Origin: Haliangiales bacterium
Lineage (GTDB): Bacteria > Verrucomicrobiota > Verrucomicrobiia > Limisphaerales > AV2
Direction: 5' to 3'
NCBI GenBank assembly: GCA_035637175.1
Contig: DASPXS010000185.1
Span: 1-45,467 of the forward strand
Length of the DNA stretch: 45,467 nt
Shown here piece by piece: positions 27,384 to 35,411 of this stretch (its first letter is position 1; the number at the start of each line of letters is the position of its first letter). The notes below the pieces were generated by a model. That model had not been told where the DNA came from. It did not search any database and worked only from the letters and a program-made list of their open reading frames with translations. A program made the position numbers and the translations under genes.

Positions 27384-27406
27384 GGAGCCCCAGAAGAGAA
27401 CTCAAC

Positions 27407-28603
27407 ATGAACAAAAAAAACTCTAACATGAGATGGCTGGTGATTTGTTTGGTGACCTTGCTGCCTGCCGGCGGCCTGCTCGCCCAACAGCGGACGACTC
27501 AGGGTGCGGGTGCGCGTGGCGGCGGCGGGTCAACCGTTTCGGGGACGAGCCGGCAATACACTCCCAACAGCGAGGTCGGTGAGGCGACGATCACCGTGGA
27601 TCCTGAATCGCGGCGGCTGATCGTCATCACGGACGAAGAAACCAGCAAATATGTCGGCCAGGTGGTCACCAACCTGGATCGTCCCGAACCGCAAGTGCTC
27701 ATCAAAGTCGTTTTCCTGGAGGTTACTCACAATAACAGTTTGGACATCGGAGTTGAGGGTGGGTTCAGCCGCGGTATCGACAACACCACCACCGGAATCG
27801 TAACCCACGCGTTCGGGCTGTCCGCACTCAACAGCTCGCCCGCCTCAAACGCAGTCAATGTGTTCGGGCAGCCCGTACAAAGCTTTGTGCCGGCGCCGCC
27901 GGGCGCGGGACTTTATCAGGTGTTGGGCACGGACTATCAGGTGACGCTGCGGGCCATTGCCCAGGCGGGGAAAACCGAGGTGTTATCGCGACCTTCCATT
28001 CTCGCCCGCAACAACCAGCAGGCAACCATAACCGTCGGCCAATCGGTTCCATTGGTGACCAGCGTGAGCTATAACGGACTCAATGGGACTCCGGTGAGCG
28101 CCATCAGCTACCAGAGCGTCGGGATCATTCTGCGGGTGACGCCCTTTATCAACTCCAACGGCCTGGTGGAGATGATTGTTTCACCCCAAATCTCGCAGCT
28201 CTCGGCCCAGTCGGTTACCGTCTCCGCCGGGGTGAGCGCTCCCGTGATTGATTTGCGCTCGGCCGACACGGTGGTGGTTACGCCGGACGGGCAGACAGTC
28301 ATCATCGGCGGTTTGATGCAAAACCAGAAAACCCAAACCGACAGCAAAATTCCTCTTTTGGGAGACATACCTTTGCTCGGCAACCTCTTTAAACGAAAGG
28401 TCAAATCGAACGTGAAGACCGAACTGCTGATCTTTTTGACCCCGCACATCGTTTATGAGCCTTCCCAACTGGCGGGTCTTTCTGCGACGGAACGAGGCAA
28501 CACGCAATTGGCGCCAAAGGCGTTTACGGAAGAGGAGTTGAATCGTTACCTCGACACGTTGCCGGCGAAAGATGATGCCTCGCCGAAGAAAAAGGGGAAA
28601 TGA
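27407..28603 (+). CDS. Secretin pore-domain protein (second half of an N-domain plus the GspD/PilQ secretin C-domain) with its own signal peptide
   Basis: Signal MNKKNSNMRWLVICLVTLLPAGGLLAQQ and a G-rich stretch. ATITVDPESRRLIVITDEETSKYVGQVVTNLD is the second half of a Secretin_N module. The secretin core follows: VLIKVVFLEV...YQVTLRAIAQAGKTEVLSRPSILARNNQQATITVGQ...IPLLGDIPLLGNLFK...ELLIFLTPHIV. Confidence 0.88.
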   Translation: MNKKNSNMRWLVICLVTLLPAGGLLAQQRTTQGAGARGGGGSTVSGTSRQYTPNSEVGEATITVDPESRRLIVITDEETSKYVGQVVTNLDRPEPQVLIKVVFLEVTHNNSLDIGVEGGFSRGIDNTTTGIVTHAFGLSALNSSPASNAVNVFGQPVQSFVPAPPGAGLYQVLGTDYQVTLRAIAQAGKTEVLSRPSILARNNQQATITVGQSVPLVTSVSYNGLNGTPVSAISYQSVGIILRVTPFINSNGLVEMIVSPQISQLSAQSVTVSAGVSAPVIDLRSADTVVVTPDGQTVIIGGLMQNQKTQTDSKIPLLGDIPLLGNLFKRKVKSNVKTELLIFLTPHIVYEPSQLAGLSATERGNTQLAPKAFTEEELNRYLDTLPAKDDASPKKKGK

Positions 28604-28641
28604 CCCGGCGGGACCCGGTGTGATTTTGCTTTGACGCGAAA

Positions 28642-30225
28642 ATGATCAAACGAACCCGGCTTGTTTTTGGATTTGGATTGTTGCTGACTGTCTGGGTCAT
28701 GGTGGCTGCCTGGCAGGTGGTCGAGCATGTTCGAGTCAAGGAATCCGCCCGGGCGGCATTGATCAATCGCTCCCGGGACATCACCACGACCTTGGGACTC
28801 GTGATTCGGTCCCAGCGACGATTCGGAGGGATGGTTTCGCAGGAGCGACTGGAGCCGGCCCTCGGGGAGCTGGTCAAATCCGGCGAATTGAGTTCTGTGG
28901 CGCTGTTGAATGCCGCCGGCGAAGTCGTCGCCTCGGCGGGCGCTCCAATCGATGTCGAGACCAAGGGGACGATGCGGACCGGAGAACATTGGGATTCCCG
29001 GAGCGTTACCCTCGTTAACCTGGTTGATTTGGGCGCCAGCGTGGCCCAGGAAGGGGAGACCAATCGTCCGACGATTGTTCTCCCAAGACGGGAGCCGGGC
29101 AGCGGACCGCGTGAAGGCGACCGCCCCCGTCCCAGCGGCGAGATGCCCCCTCCTCCCGATGGCGAGTTGCGAACGAACGGTCCGCTGGCGTCGAACGCTC
29201 CGACCAGCCTGTCGAACGCGGTTGCCCGCATGCCCGCTTCAGTCAGCAATGACCCGGGGACAACCAACCGGGCCGACGGCGGCCCGCGCGAGCGCCCTCC
29301 CGGCCGGCCACGCTTTGGCCGTCCCCCCTGGGTGAGCGAGGAAGAATTCAAATCATTGGTGGAAAAGCGGGGACTGCACGGTTTGGTGATCGTCATGTCC
29401 ACGGAGGCGTTCCTGTCGGCCTGTGCCCAGGACCTTTGGTTGCGGTGCATCATCGGGTGTTTTGCCAGCGTTGCGGTCGTTGGTCTCGGATTGGCCTGGC
29501 GAAACCAGGCAAAGTCGGCGGAGTTGCAGATGCGCCTGCTCCGGGCCAGCGAGTTGAATACCCATCTGAAAGAGATGAATCTGGCCGCGGCCGGACTGGC
29601 GCACGAAACGCGCAATCCGCTGAATATCATTCGCGGGCTGGCGCAAATGATCTCCAAACAGAAGGAGGCGCCGACGGAAGTTCGCAGCCGTTCCCGTGAA
29701 ATCATTGACGAGACGGATCGGGTGACCGCCCAATTGAACGAATTCATCAACTACTCGCGCCCGCGCGAAGTCCGCCGCTCGTCCGTATCATTGAGTCTGG
29801 TCGTTGGCGAGGTCGTTCGTGCCCTGGGTTACGATCTGGAGGAAAAGTGCATTCGCCTGCAGGTGCCGGAGTCGCTGCCGGTGATCGAAGGGGACGAGCA
29901 ATTGCTCCGCCAGGCGCTTTTCAATCTCCTGATCAACGCGGTTCAAGCCGTCGAACGGGGCGGGGACATCGAGGTCGCGGCTTGGAAGAATAATTCCCAC
30001 GGGGTCATTCTGGAGATTCGCGACAACGGCCCCGGCGTGCCGCCGGAACATCGCATCGAGATCTTCAAACCGTACTTCACCACGCACCAAAAAGGGACGG
30101 GCCTGGGTCTGGCGGTGGTCCAACAGATTGTTCTGGCGCACGGTTGGGAGATTGAATGCCTGCCGAACGAGCCCAGGGGCGCGGTGTTGCGAATCACGCA
30201 CCTGAAGCTCGCCTCCGGCGGCTGA
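28642..30225 (+). CDS. Sensor histidine kinase (NtrB/PilS-like, two TM segments)
   Basis: TM1 LVFGFGLLLTVWVMVAAW, an extracytoplasmic region and TM2 CIIGCFASVAVVGLGLAW. HisKA H-box AAGLAHETRNPLNII. HATPase N/G boxes LFNLLINAVQA, IRDNGPGV, GTGLGLAVV. Confidence 0.88.
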   Translation: MIKRTRLVFGFGLLLTVWVMVAAWQVVEHVRVKESARAALINRSRDITTTLGLVIRSQRRFGGMVSQERLEPALGELVKSGELSSVALLNAAGEVVASAGAPIDVETKGTMRTGEHWDSRSVTLVNLVDLGASVAQEGETNRPTIVLPRREPGSGPREGDRPRPSGEMPPPPDGELRTNGPLASNAPTSLSNAVARMPASVSNDPGTTNRADGGPRERPPGRPRFGRPPWVSEEEFKSLVEKRGLHGLVIVMSTEAFLSACAQDLWLRCIIGCFASVAVVGLGLAWRNQAKSAELQMRLLRASELNTHLKEMNLAAAGLAHETRNPLNIIRGLAQMISKQKEAPTEVRSRSREIIDETDRVTAQLNEFINYSRPREVRRSSVSLSLVVGEVVRALGYDLEEKCIRLQVPESLPVIEGDEQLLRQALFNLLINAVQAVERGGDIEVAAWKNNSHGVILEIRDNGPGVPPEHRIEIFKPYFTTHQKGTGLGLAVVQQIVLAHGWEIECLPNEPRGAVLRITHLKLASGG

Positions 30226-30229
30226 GCCA

Positions 30230-31600
30230 ATGCGACCGGTCACGGACAACGCGAACGTGAAGAGCCCGCGGATTCTGATAGTGGACGACGATGCTGCGCA
30301 GCGCAGTCTGCTCGATTCATTCTTGAAAAGCCAGGGCTTCGACACCGTCCCTGTGGCTTCCGGCGAAGCGGCGCTGGAGGTTCTTCGCAAGGGCGATATC
30401 GGCATGATGATCTCCGATGTGCGGATGCCGGGCCTCTCCGGTCTGGAAACGCTCCGCCAGGCGCGCCAGGAACACGCTGTGCTGCCGGTCCTGCTCGTGA
30501 CGGCGTATGCCGACATTCGCGAAGCCGTCGGGGCCATGCGGGACGGCGCGCTCAATTATCTGGCCAAGCCGATCGACCTCGACGAGTTGCTGGCTTCCGT
30601 GCAGCAGGCGACCGGCGTCTCCGAGGCCGCGCCGGTCAGGTTCAGCGAAGACAAACAACTACCCGGGCACATCATCGCGCACAGTCCGCTGATGAAGGCG
30701 TTGTTCCGCGACGCTTCGCTCATTGCCTCCTCGGACAGTCGCGTGTTGATCACGGGTGAAAGCGGTGTTGGCAAGGAGGTGCTGGCCGACGTGATTCACC
30801 TGTGGAGTCCCCGTTCCTCCGGTCCCCTGGTCAAAGTCAACTGCGCCGCCATTCCGGAAACACTGTTGGAGAGCGAACTCTTCGGCCACGAAAAAGGGGC
30901 GTTCACCGGCGCCGTGGTGCAACGAATCGGCCGTTTCGAGCAGGCCAACGGCGGAACGATCTTCCTCGATGAGATCGCGGAAATGTCTCCTCAACTTCAG
31001 GCAAAACTGCTGCGGGTCACGCAGGACGGCCGGTTCCAACGCGTCGGCTCAAACACTGAAGTCCAGACCAACACCCGGATTTTGGCCGCCACCAACCGGA
31101 ACCTGGAAGAGGAGGTCAAAAAAGGACATTTCCGCGAAGACCTGTTCTACCGTCTGGATGTGGTCGAACTCAACATCCCTTCCCTGCGCGAGCGGCGGGA
31201 GGACATCCTTCCCCTGGCCAGCCATTTTGTCGCGGAACTGACTCAAGGCCGTGCGCGGTTCTCAGCGCTGGTCACGGATTGTCTGGGGCGATACGCCTGG
31301 CCTGGAAACGTGCGTGAACTGCGCAACGCGATGGAACGGGCGACCTTGCTTTCGCGGGGTGAACTGATTCTGCCCGAGCACCTCCCGGCGCGGGTGCGCG
31401 CCGTGATCCAACAGTCCGCCGCTGAACCGGTTGACGCCCAGCGCCTGGAGGAAATCGAACACCAGGCCATCTCTCAAGCGTTGAGCAAACACAATTTCAA
31501 TCGCACGGAAACAGCCAAAGCTTTGGGCATAAGCCGCCGGGCATTGATCTACAAGCTGCAACGCCTTCGCGAACTTGGTTTCGAAGTGGATCCACAATAG
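30230..31600 (+). CDS. Sigma-54-dependent response regulator (NtrC/PilR family: REC + AAA+ + Fis-type HTH)
   Basis: REC: RILIVDDD...[10 protein letters not shown]...LVTAY...YLAKP. AAA+: GESGVGKE Walker [16 protein letters not shown] (GAFTGA motif), IFLDEI Walker B. C-terminal HTH: [20 protein letters not shown]. Confidence 0.93.
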   Translation: MRPVTDNANVKSPRILIVDDDAAQRSLLDSFLKSQGFDTVPVASGEAALEVLRKGDIGMMISDVRMPGLSGLETLRQARQEHAVLPVLLVTAYADIREAVGAMRDGALNYLAKPIDLDELLASVQQATGVSEAAPVRFSEDKQLPGHIIAHSPLMKALFRDASLIASSDSRVLITGESGVGKEVLADVIHLWSPRSSGPLVKVNCAAIPETLLESELFGHEKGAFTGAVVQRIGRFEQANGGTIFLDEIAEMSPQLQAKLLRVTQDGRFQRVGSNTEVQTNTRILAATNRNLEEEVKKGHFREDLFYRLDVVELNIPSLRERREDILPLASHFVAELTQGRARFSALVTDCLGRYAWPGNVRELRNAMERATLLSRGELILPEHLPARVRAVIQQSAAEPVDAQRLEEIEHQAISQALSKHNFNRTETAKALGISRRALIYKLQRLRELGFEVDPQ

Positions 31601-32008
31601 ATTGCCCGTCAGTCTGTTGCAGCAATGGGGAACGTTCGTGTGCGCCGTCCTCTTGGTCCCCCTGGGCCGTTTATCACCAGGCGTACCAAGAACAGTCCCG
31701 CTCGGCCCTGCGGAGGGGTGTTGACGACGCGTCAGCCAGTATCCCGGTATCGTTCCTGGCAAAGTCGATAGCGTCCCCAGTGAAGACTTCAGACCGCGGC
31801 GAAGTGAGTGACAAGAGGGTGAAAGAGAACCAAAACTTCGAACCAGGTTTTGCTCGAACAATCGAATCCCAAGAGACAATAGCAACACTAGCACGACATG
31901 CACCGCGAGAAAAGCCGTCGGGCGCAAATAAACTTTCCAAAATTTGCGGCGGTCCCTTTGACGGCATGAATATTGCCTTATAGATTTTGATGTGAAGAAT
32001 TAGATGCG

Positions 32009-32149
32009 ATGAATGTCCAGCAGGCAATCAGAGCCGTGAGCGTAAATCATCCGGTTGAGGGTCACCTGGAAATGACCCGCCTGGTCGGGACATCGCGCAG
32101 ATATATGCAATTGACTCGCGACGGTCTGCTGACGGTCAAGGTTCTCTAA
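32009..32149 (+). CDS. Possible 46-aa ORF with an HTH-like segment (very tentative)
   Basis: ATG at 32009, TAA at 32147-32149. MNVQQAIRAVSVNHPVEGHLEMTRLVGTSRRYMQLTRDGLLTVKVL. The LEMTRLVGTSRRYMQLTRDGLL segment resembles a short excisionase/AlpA-type helix-turn-helix. No clear RBS. It lies below the track length cut-off. Confidence 0.2.
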   Translation: MNVQQAIRAVSVNHPVEGHLEMTRLVGTSRRYMQLTRDGLLTVKVL

Positions 32150-32176
32150 ATCCACTGGGTGGATTGTAGGTCGGCT

Positions 32177-32200
32177 TTCCGTCGCTGGTCAGCGACGGAA
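32177..32200 (+). promoter_or_regulatory. Perfect 10-bp stem-loop abutting the ATG of the patatin gene
   Basis: TTCCGTCGCT (32177-32186), loop GGTC, then AGCGACGGAA (32191-32200), followed directly by ATG 32201. The stem would sequester any ribosome-binding region. Confidence 0.5.
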
Positions 32201-33901
32201 ATGAATATCAGAGCTGACATAGAATTCTCAGGTCGGACGTGCTCAAACCCCGCCCCCTTCCTCGAGGCGCCACCCCCGGCCAGGGCGGCCACTCCTCCGG
32301 CGCGGATTATAACGCTGACTTCACTTTTACCGACGATTCCCGACCAATTCATCGGCAATGCGCTTGCAGAGCATTTGCATTCGGAGACGCGCGATTCGGT
32401 TCTTCTGGTGGAGATTGAGGCCGCCGGTCCGTTGGTTTCACTGCGGGATTTTGCGGCGATTCAGCCCACGCTGAACGGCGAGTTTTGTTTTGCGGGTCAT
32501 CTGCGAAAGGGTGAAGGCGGATTCCAGCGCCTGAACCTTCGGGTGACGGGGGAGTCTTATGAGCTGAGTTTCGTGAAGCCGTTGCTGGATCATTTCCGGA
32601 GCCATTTCCGCTTCGTCCTTTTGCGGATCGCGGCCGCCGCGGCGCTGGACCAAGTGCTTTTTGAATGCTCGACTCATTCGGATCTGACCTATCTTTTCAT
32701 CCGCCAATCCCAGGAGAACCTCTACGACTTTGACTTGCTCCTTCGCGAGGCCCGCTCGCGGTTCAATGGCGAATGGTCCCGGCTTAAAACGGTGCTTTGC
32801 CTGTCCCGGAACGAACCCGCGCGGATGACGTCCGAGTTGGCGAAGAAAGTGGGCGGACCGCTGCATGCGTTTGTTCACGATTGTCCATCGTCGGTCGCAG
32901 ACACTGCAGGTCAACGCGCCGCATCAAGCAAAACTTTTGACGCGGACCTGCGCCGGTTGGCGCGGGAAATGGGTCGGTGCCGAATCGGTCTGGCGCTGTC
33001 CTCCGGTGGCGCGAAAGGGCTGGCGCACATCGGTGTCATCCAGGTCCTGGAAGAAAACGGGATTGAGGTGGATGCGGTCGCCGGATGCAGCATGGGGGCC
33101 TACGTCGCCGCCGTTTGGGGTTTCGGTTGTGACGGCACGGTCATGGAAAAACTGGCCCGGGAAGTGGAAGGGCGCTGGGGTATCTGGCGGTTGATCGACC
33201 CCGTCTTCCCGCCGCGCGAGGGTTTCGTTCGGGGTCAGGCCGTCAAAAGTCGCCTGCAGAGAACCATCGGGGACGCGCATTTTTCCGAATTGGCCCGGCC
33301 GATTCGTGTGGTGGCCACCAACCTTTACACCCTGGACCGCGCCGTTTTTTCGAGCGGCGACGTGGCTTCCGCCGTGCATGCGAGCATTGCCATCCCGGGC
33401 GTTTGCGCGCCGGTGGTGATCGACGGAGAAAGCTATGTGGATGGCGGGATTGCGGACCCGATGCCGGTGGATGTGCTGGAGGATATGGGCATCGACCGCA
33501 TTATTGCGGTAAACACGATACCCACACCGGCTTACATGCGTTGTTGCCTGGAAATGGAACGGGAACAGAAGGCGTTGTACGGTCGGCGGCATAATTTTCT
33601 CAAGGGGCTCAATCGGCGGATCAATTATTTTGCCCCCGGCAACATACTGGACATCATGATGCGCGCGGTGCATGGTGCGCAAATCCGGGTGGCCGAAGAG
33701 GCCTGCCGCCACGCCGAAGTCGTGCTGCGTCCCCTGGCCATGGACGCGCATTGGTATGAATTCGACAAACCGGCCAAATTCATTGCCATGGGCCGTCGCG
33801 TGGCCGAGGAACATTTGAACGAAATCAAAGCCCTCGCGCGAGCGAGGGAAACGCCGTATGAACACCAGACTGCTCACAACACAATGGCAGCAGTTGCCTG
33901 A
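32201..33901 (+). CDS. Patatin-like phospholipase with an about 260-aa N-terminal extension
   Basis: Patatin motifs: oxyanion GLALSSGGAKGLAHIGV, nucleophile elbow GCSMGA, catalytic Asp in YVDGGIADPMPV. The track ORF starts at GTG 32159. ATG 32201 is preferred but uncertain. Confidence 0.85.
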   Translation: MNIRADIEFSGRTCSNPAPFLEAPPPARAATPPARIITLTSLLPTIPDQFIGNALAEHLHSETRDSVLLVEIEAAGPLVSLRDFAAIQPTLNGEFCFAGHLRKGEGGFQRLNLRVTGESYELSFVKPLLDHFRSHFRFVLLRIAAAAALDQVLFECSTHSDLTYLFIRQSQENLYDFDLLLREARSRFNGEWSRLKTVLCLSRNEPARMTSELAKKVGGPLHAFVHDCPSSVADTAGQRAASSKTFDADLRRLAREMGRCRIGLALSSGGAKGLAHIGVIQVLEENGIEVDAVAGCSMGAYVAAVWGFGCDGTVMEKLAREVEGRWGIWRLIDPVFPPREGFVRGQAVKSRLQRTIGDAHFSELARPIRVVATNLYTLDRAVFSSGDVASAVHASIAIPGVCAPVVIDGESYVDGGIADPMPVDVLEDMGIDRIIAVNTIPTPAYMRCCLEMEREQKALYGRRHNFLKGLNRRINYFAPGNILDIMMRAVHGAQIRVAEEACRHAEVVLRPLAMDAHWYEFDKPAKFIAMGRRVAEEHLNEIKALARARETPYEHQTAHNTMAAVA

Positions 33902-35411
33902 AAAAGCGGTCCGCCGCTTGCAGGCGGAAAAACTGCGGAATTACCTGCGCCGGGTCGTGCTTCCGTTCTCGGCGCATTACCAGCGAATTTTCCGGCAACA
34001 CAATCTCTCGGCCGACTCATTTCAATCGCTTGCCGATTTGTCACGGTTGCCGTTCACGTCCAAGAGCGACCTGCTCAACACGGCGGACCATGCGCAGCGG
34101 AGCCAGGAGTTCATTCTGGTTCCCGAAGAACGGGTGCTGGCGCGCCGTCCCTCGACGATCTGGCGCGCCCTGTGCCGGGGTCGGGCGGCGGTACGGGAAA
34201 GCTTTGAAAGGGAGTTCCGGCCGATTTTCCTGACCAGCACAACGGGGCGCTCGGCGGAGCCGATTCCTTTTCTTTTCACACAACACGATTTGGACAACCT
34301 GACCCTTGCGGGCGAACGGCTGTTCGAAGTGGGTGGCGCACGGCGCGAGATGCGGATGATGAGTCTGTTTCCTTATGCGCCGCACCTGGCGTTCTGGCAG
34401 ACGCACTATGGCGCCGCGGCGTTTGGCGTGTTCACGGCCAGCACCGGAGGCGGCAAAATCATGGGCACCGAGGGAAATCTTCGGCTGATCCGGAAAATCA
34501 AGCCCGACGTGCTGATCGGCATGCCGACGTTCGTTTATCATGTCCTGCACCGGGCGGCGGAGCAGGGGGTGCGCTGCGAAAACCTGCGACGCATCGTGGT
34601 GGGCGGCGAAAAAGTTGCGGAGGGTTTGCGGCGCAAACTGGTCCATCTCGCCGCTGAACTCGGGGCCGACGGGGTGGACGTCATCGCAACCTATGGTTTC
34701 ACCGAGGCTAAAATGGCCTGGGGCGAATGTCCTTGCGCGCTCGAAGAAACGCCCGGCGGCTACCATCTCTATCCCGACCTGGGCATTGTCGAGGTCGTCA
34801 ATCCCAAATCGGGAGAAGCCGTTCCCTCGGGCACGCCGGGCGAACTGGTCTTCACGCCGCTCGACGCCCGCGGCACCGTGGTGCTACGTTATCGCACGGG
34901 CGATTTTATCGACGGCGGCCTGGTTTATGAACCGTGTCCGCACTGCGGGCGCAGAGCGCCCCGTCTGGTCGGCAATATCTCCCGCAGTTCCGAGGTGAAA
35001 GAAATGCGGCTCGATAAAATCAAAGGCACGCTGGTGGACTTCAATCAACTCGAGCATGTGCTCGACGACGCCGAGCATGTCGGCGCCTGGCAGATCGAAC
35101 TGTGCAAGCGCAATGACGATCCACTCGAGGTGGATGAATTGGTTCTTCACGTTCAGAAAACCGGCGACGTTCGCGAGGACAAGCTCAGGCGCGATCTCAA
35201 CAATCAATTCGTCGCGAAAACCGAGATGCATCCCAACCGGATCGTTTTCCACGACGCCGACGAGATGCAGGAACTGCAAGGCGTCGGCGTGCAAATCAAG
35301 GAGCAGAAGATTGTCGATCGTCGCAGCGCAGGACCGGCGCATCAACGGTCTCGAGAAGATGACGGCGCGGGCTCCGGGCCGCTCACGGAATCGTTGGAAA
35401 TGGCCAAATGA
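33858..35411 (+). CDS. Phenylacetate-CoA ligase family (PaaK/F390-synthetase-like) adenylate-forming enzyme
   Basis: LPFTSKSDLLN motif and P-loop-like TSTTGRSAEPIPF. ...GGEKV..., ...TYGFTE..., and YRTGD in VLRYRTGDFIDGG. 44-nt overlap with the patatin gene. Confidence 0.82.
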   Translation: MNTRLLTTQWQQLPEKAVRRLQAEKLRNYLRRVVLPFSAHYQRIFRQHNLSADSFQSLADLSRLPFTSKSDLLNTADHAQRSQEFILVPEERVLARRPSTIWRALCRGRAAVRESFEREFRPIFLTSTTGRSAEPIPFLFTQHDLDNLTLAGERLFEVGGARREMRMMSLFPYAPHLAFWQTHYGAAAFGVFTASTGGGKIMGTEGNLRLIRKIKPDVLIGMPTFVYHVLHRAAEQGVRCENLRRIVVGGEKVAEGLRRKLVHLAAELGADGVDVIATYGFTEAKMAWGECPCALEETPGGYHLYPDLGIVEVVNPKSGEAVPSGTPGELVFTPLDARGTVVLRYRTGDFIDGGLVYEPCPHCGRRAPRLVGNISRSSEVKEMRLDKIKGTLVDFNQLEHVLDDAEHVGAWQIELCKRNDDPLEVDELVLHVQKTGDVREDKLRRDLNNQFVAKTEMHPNRIVFHDADEMQELQGVGVQIKEQKIVDRRSAGPAHQRSREDDGAGSGPLTESLEMAK

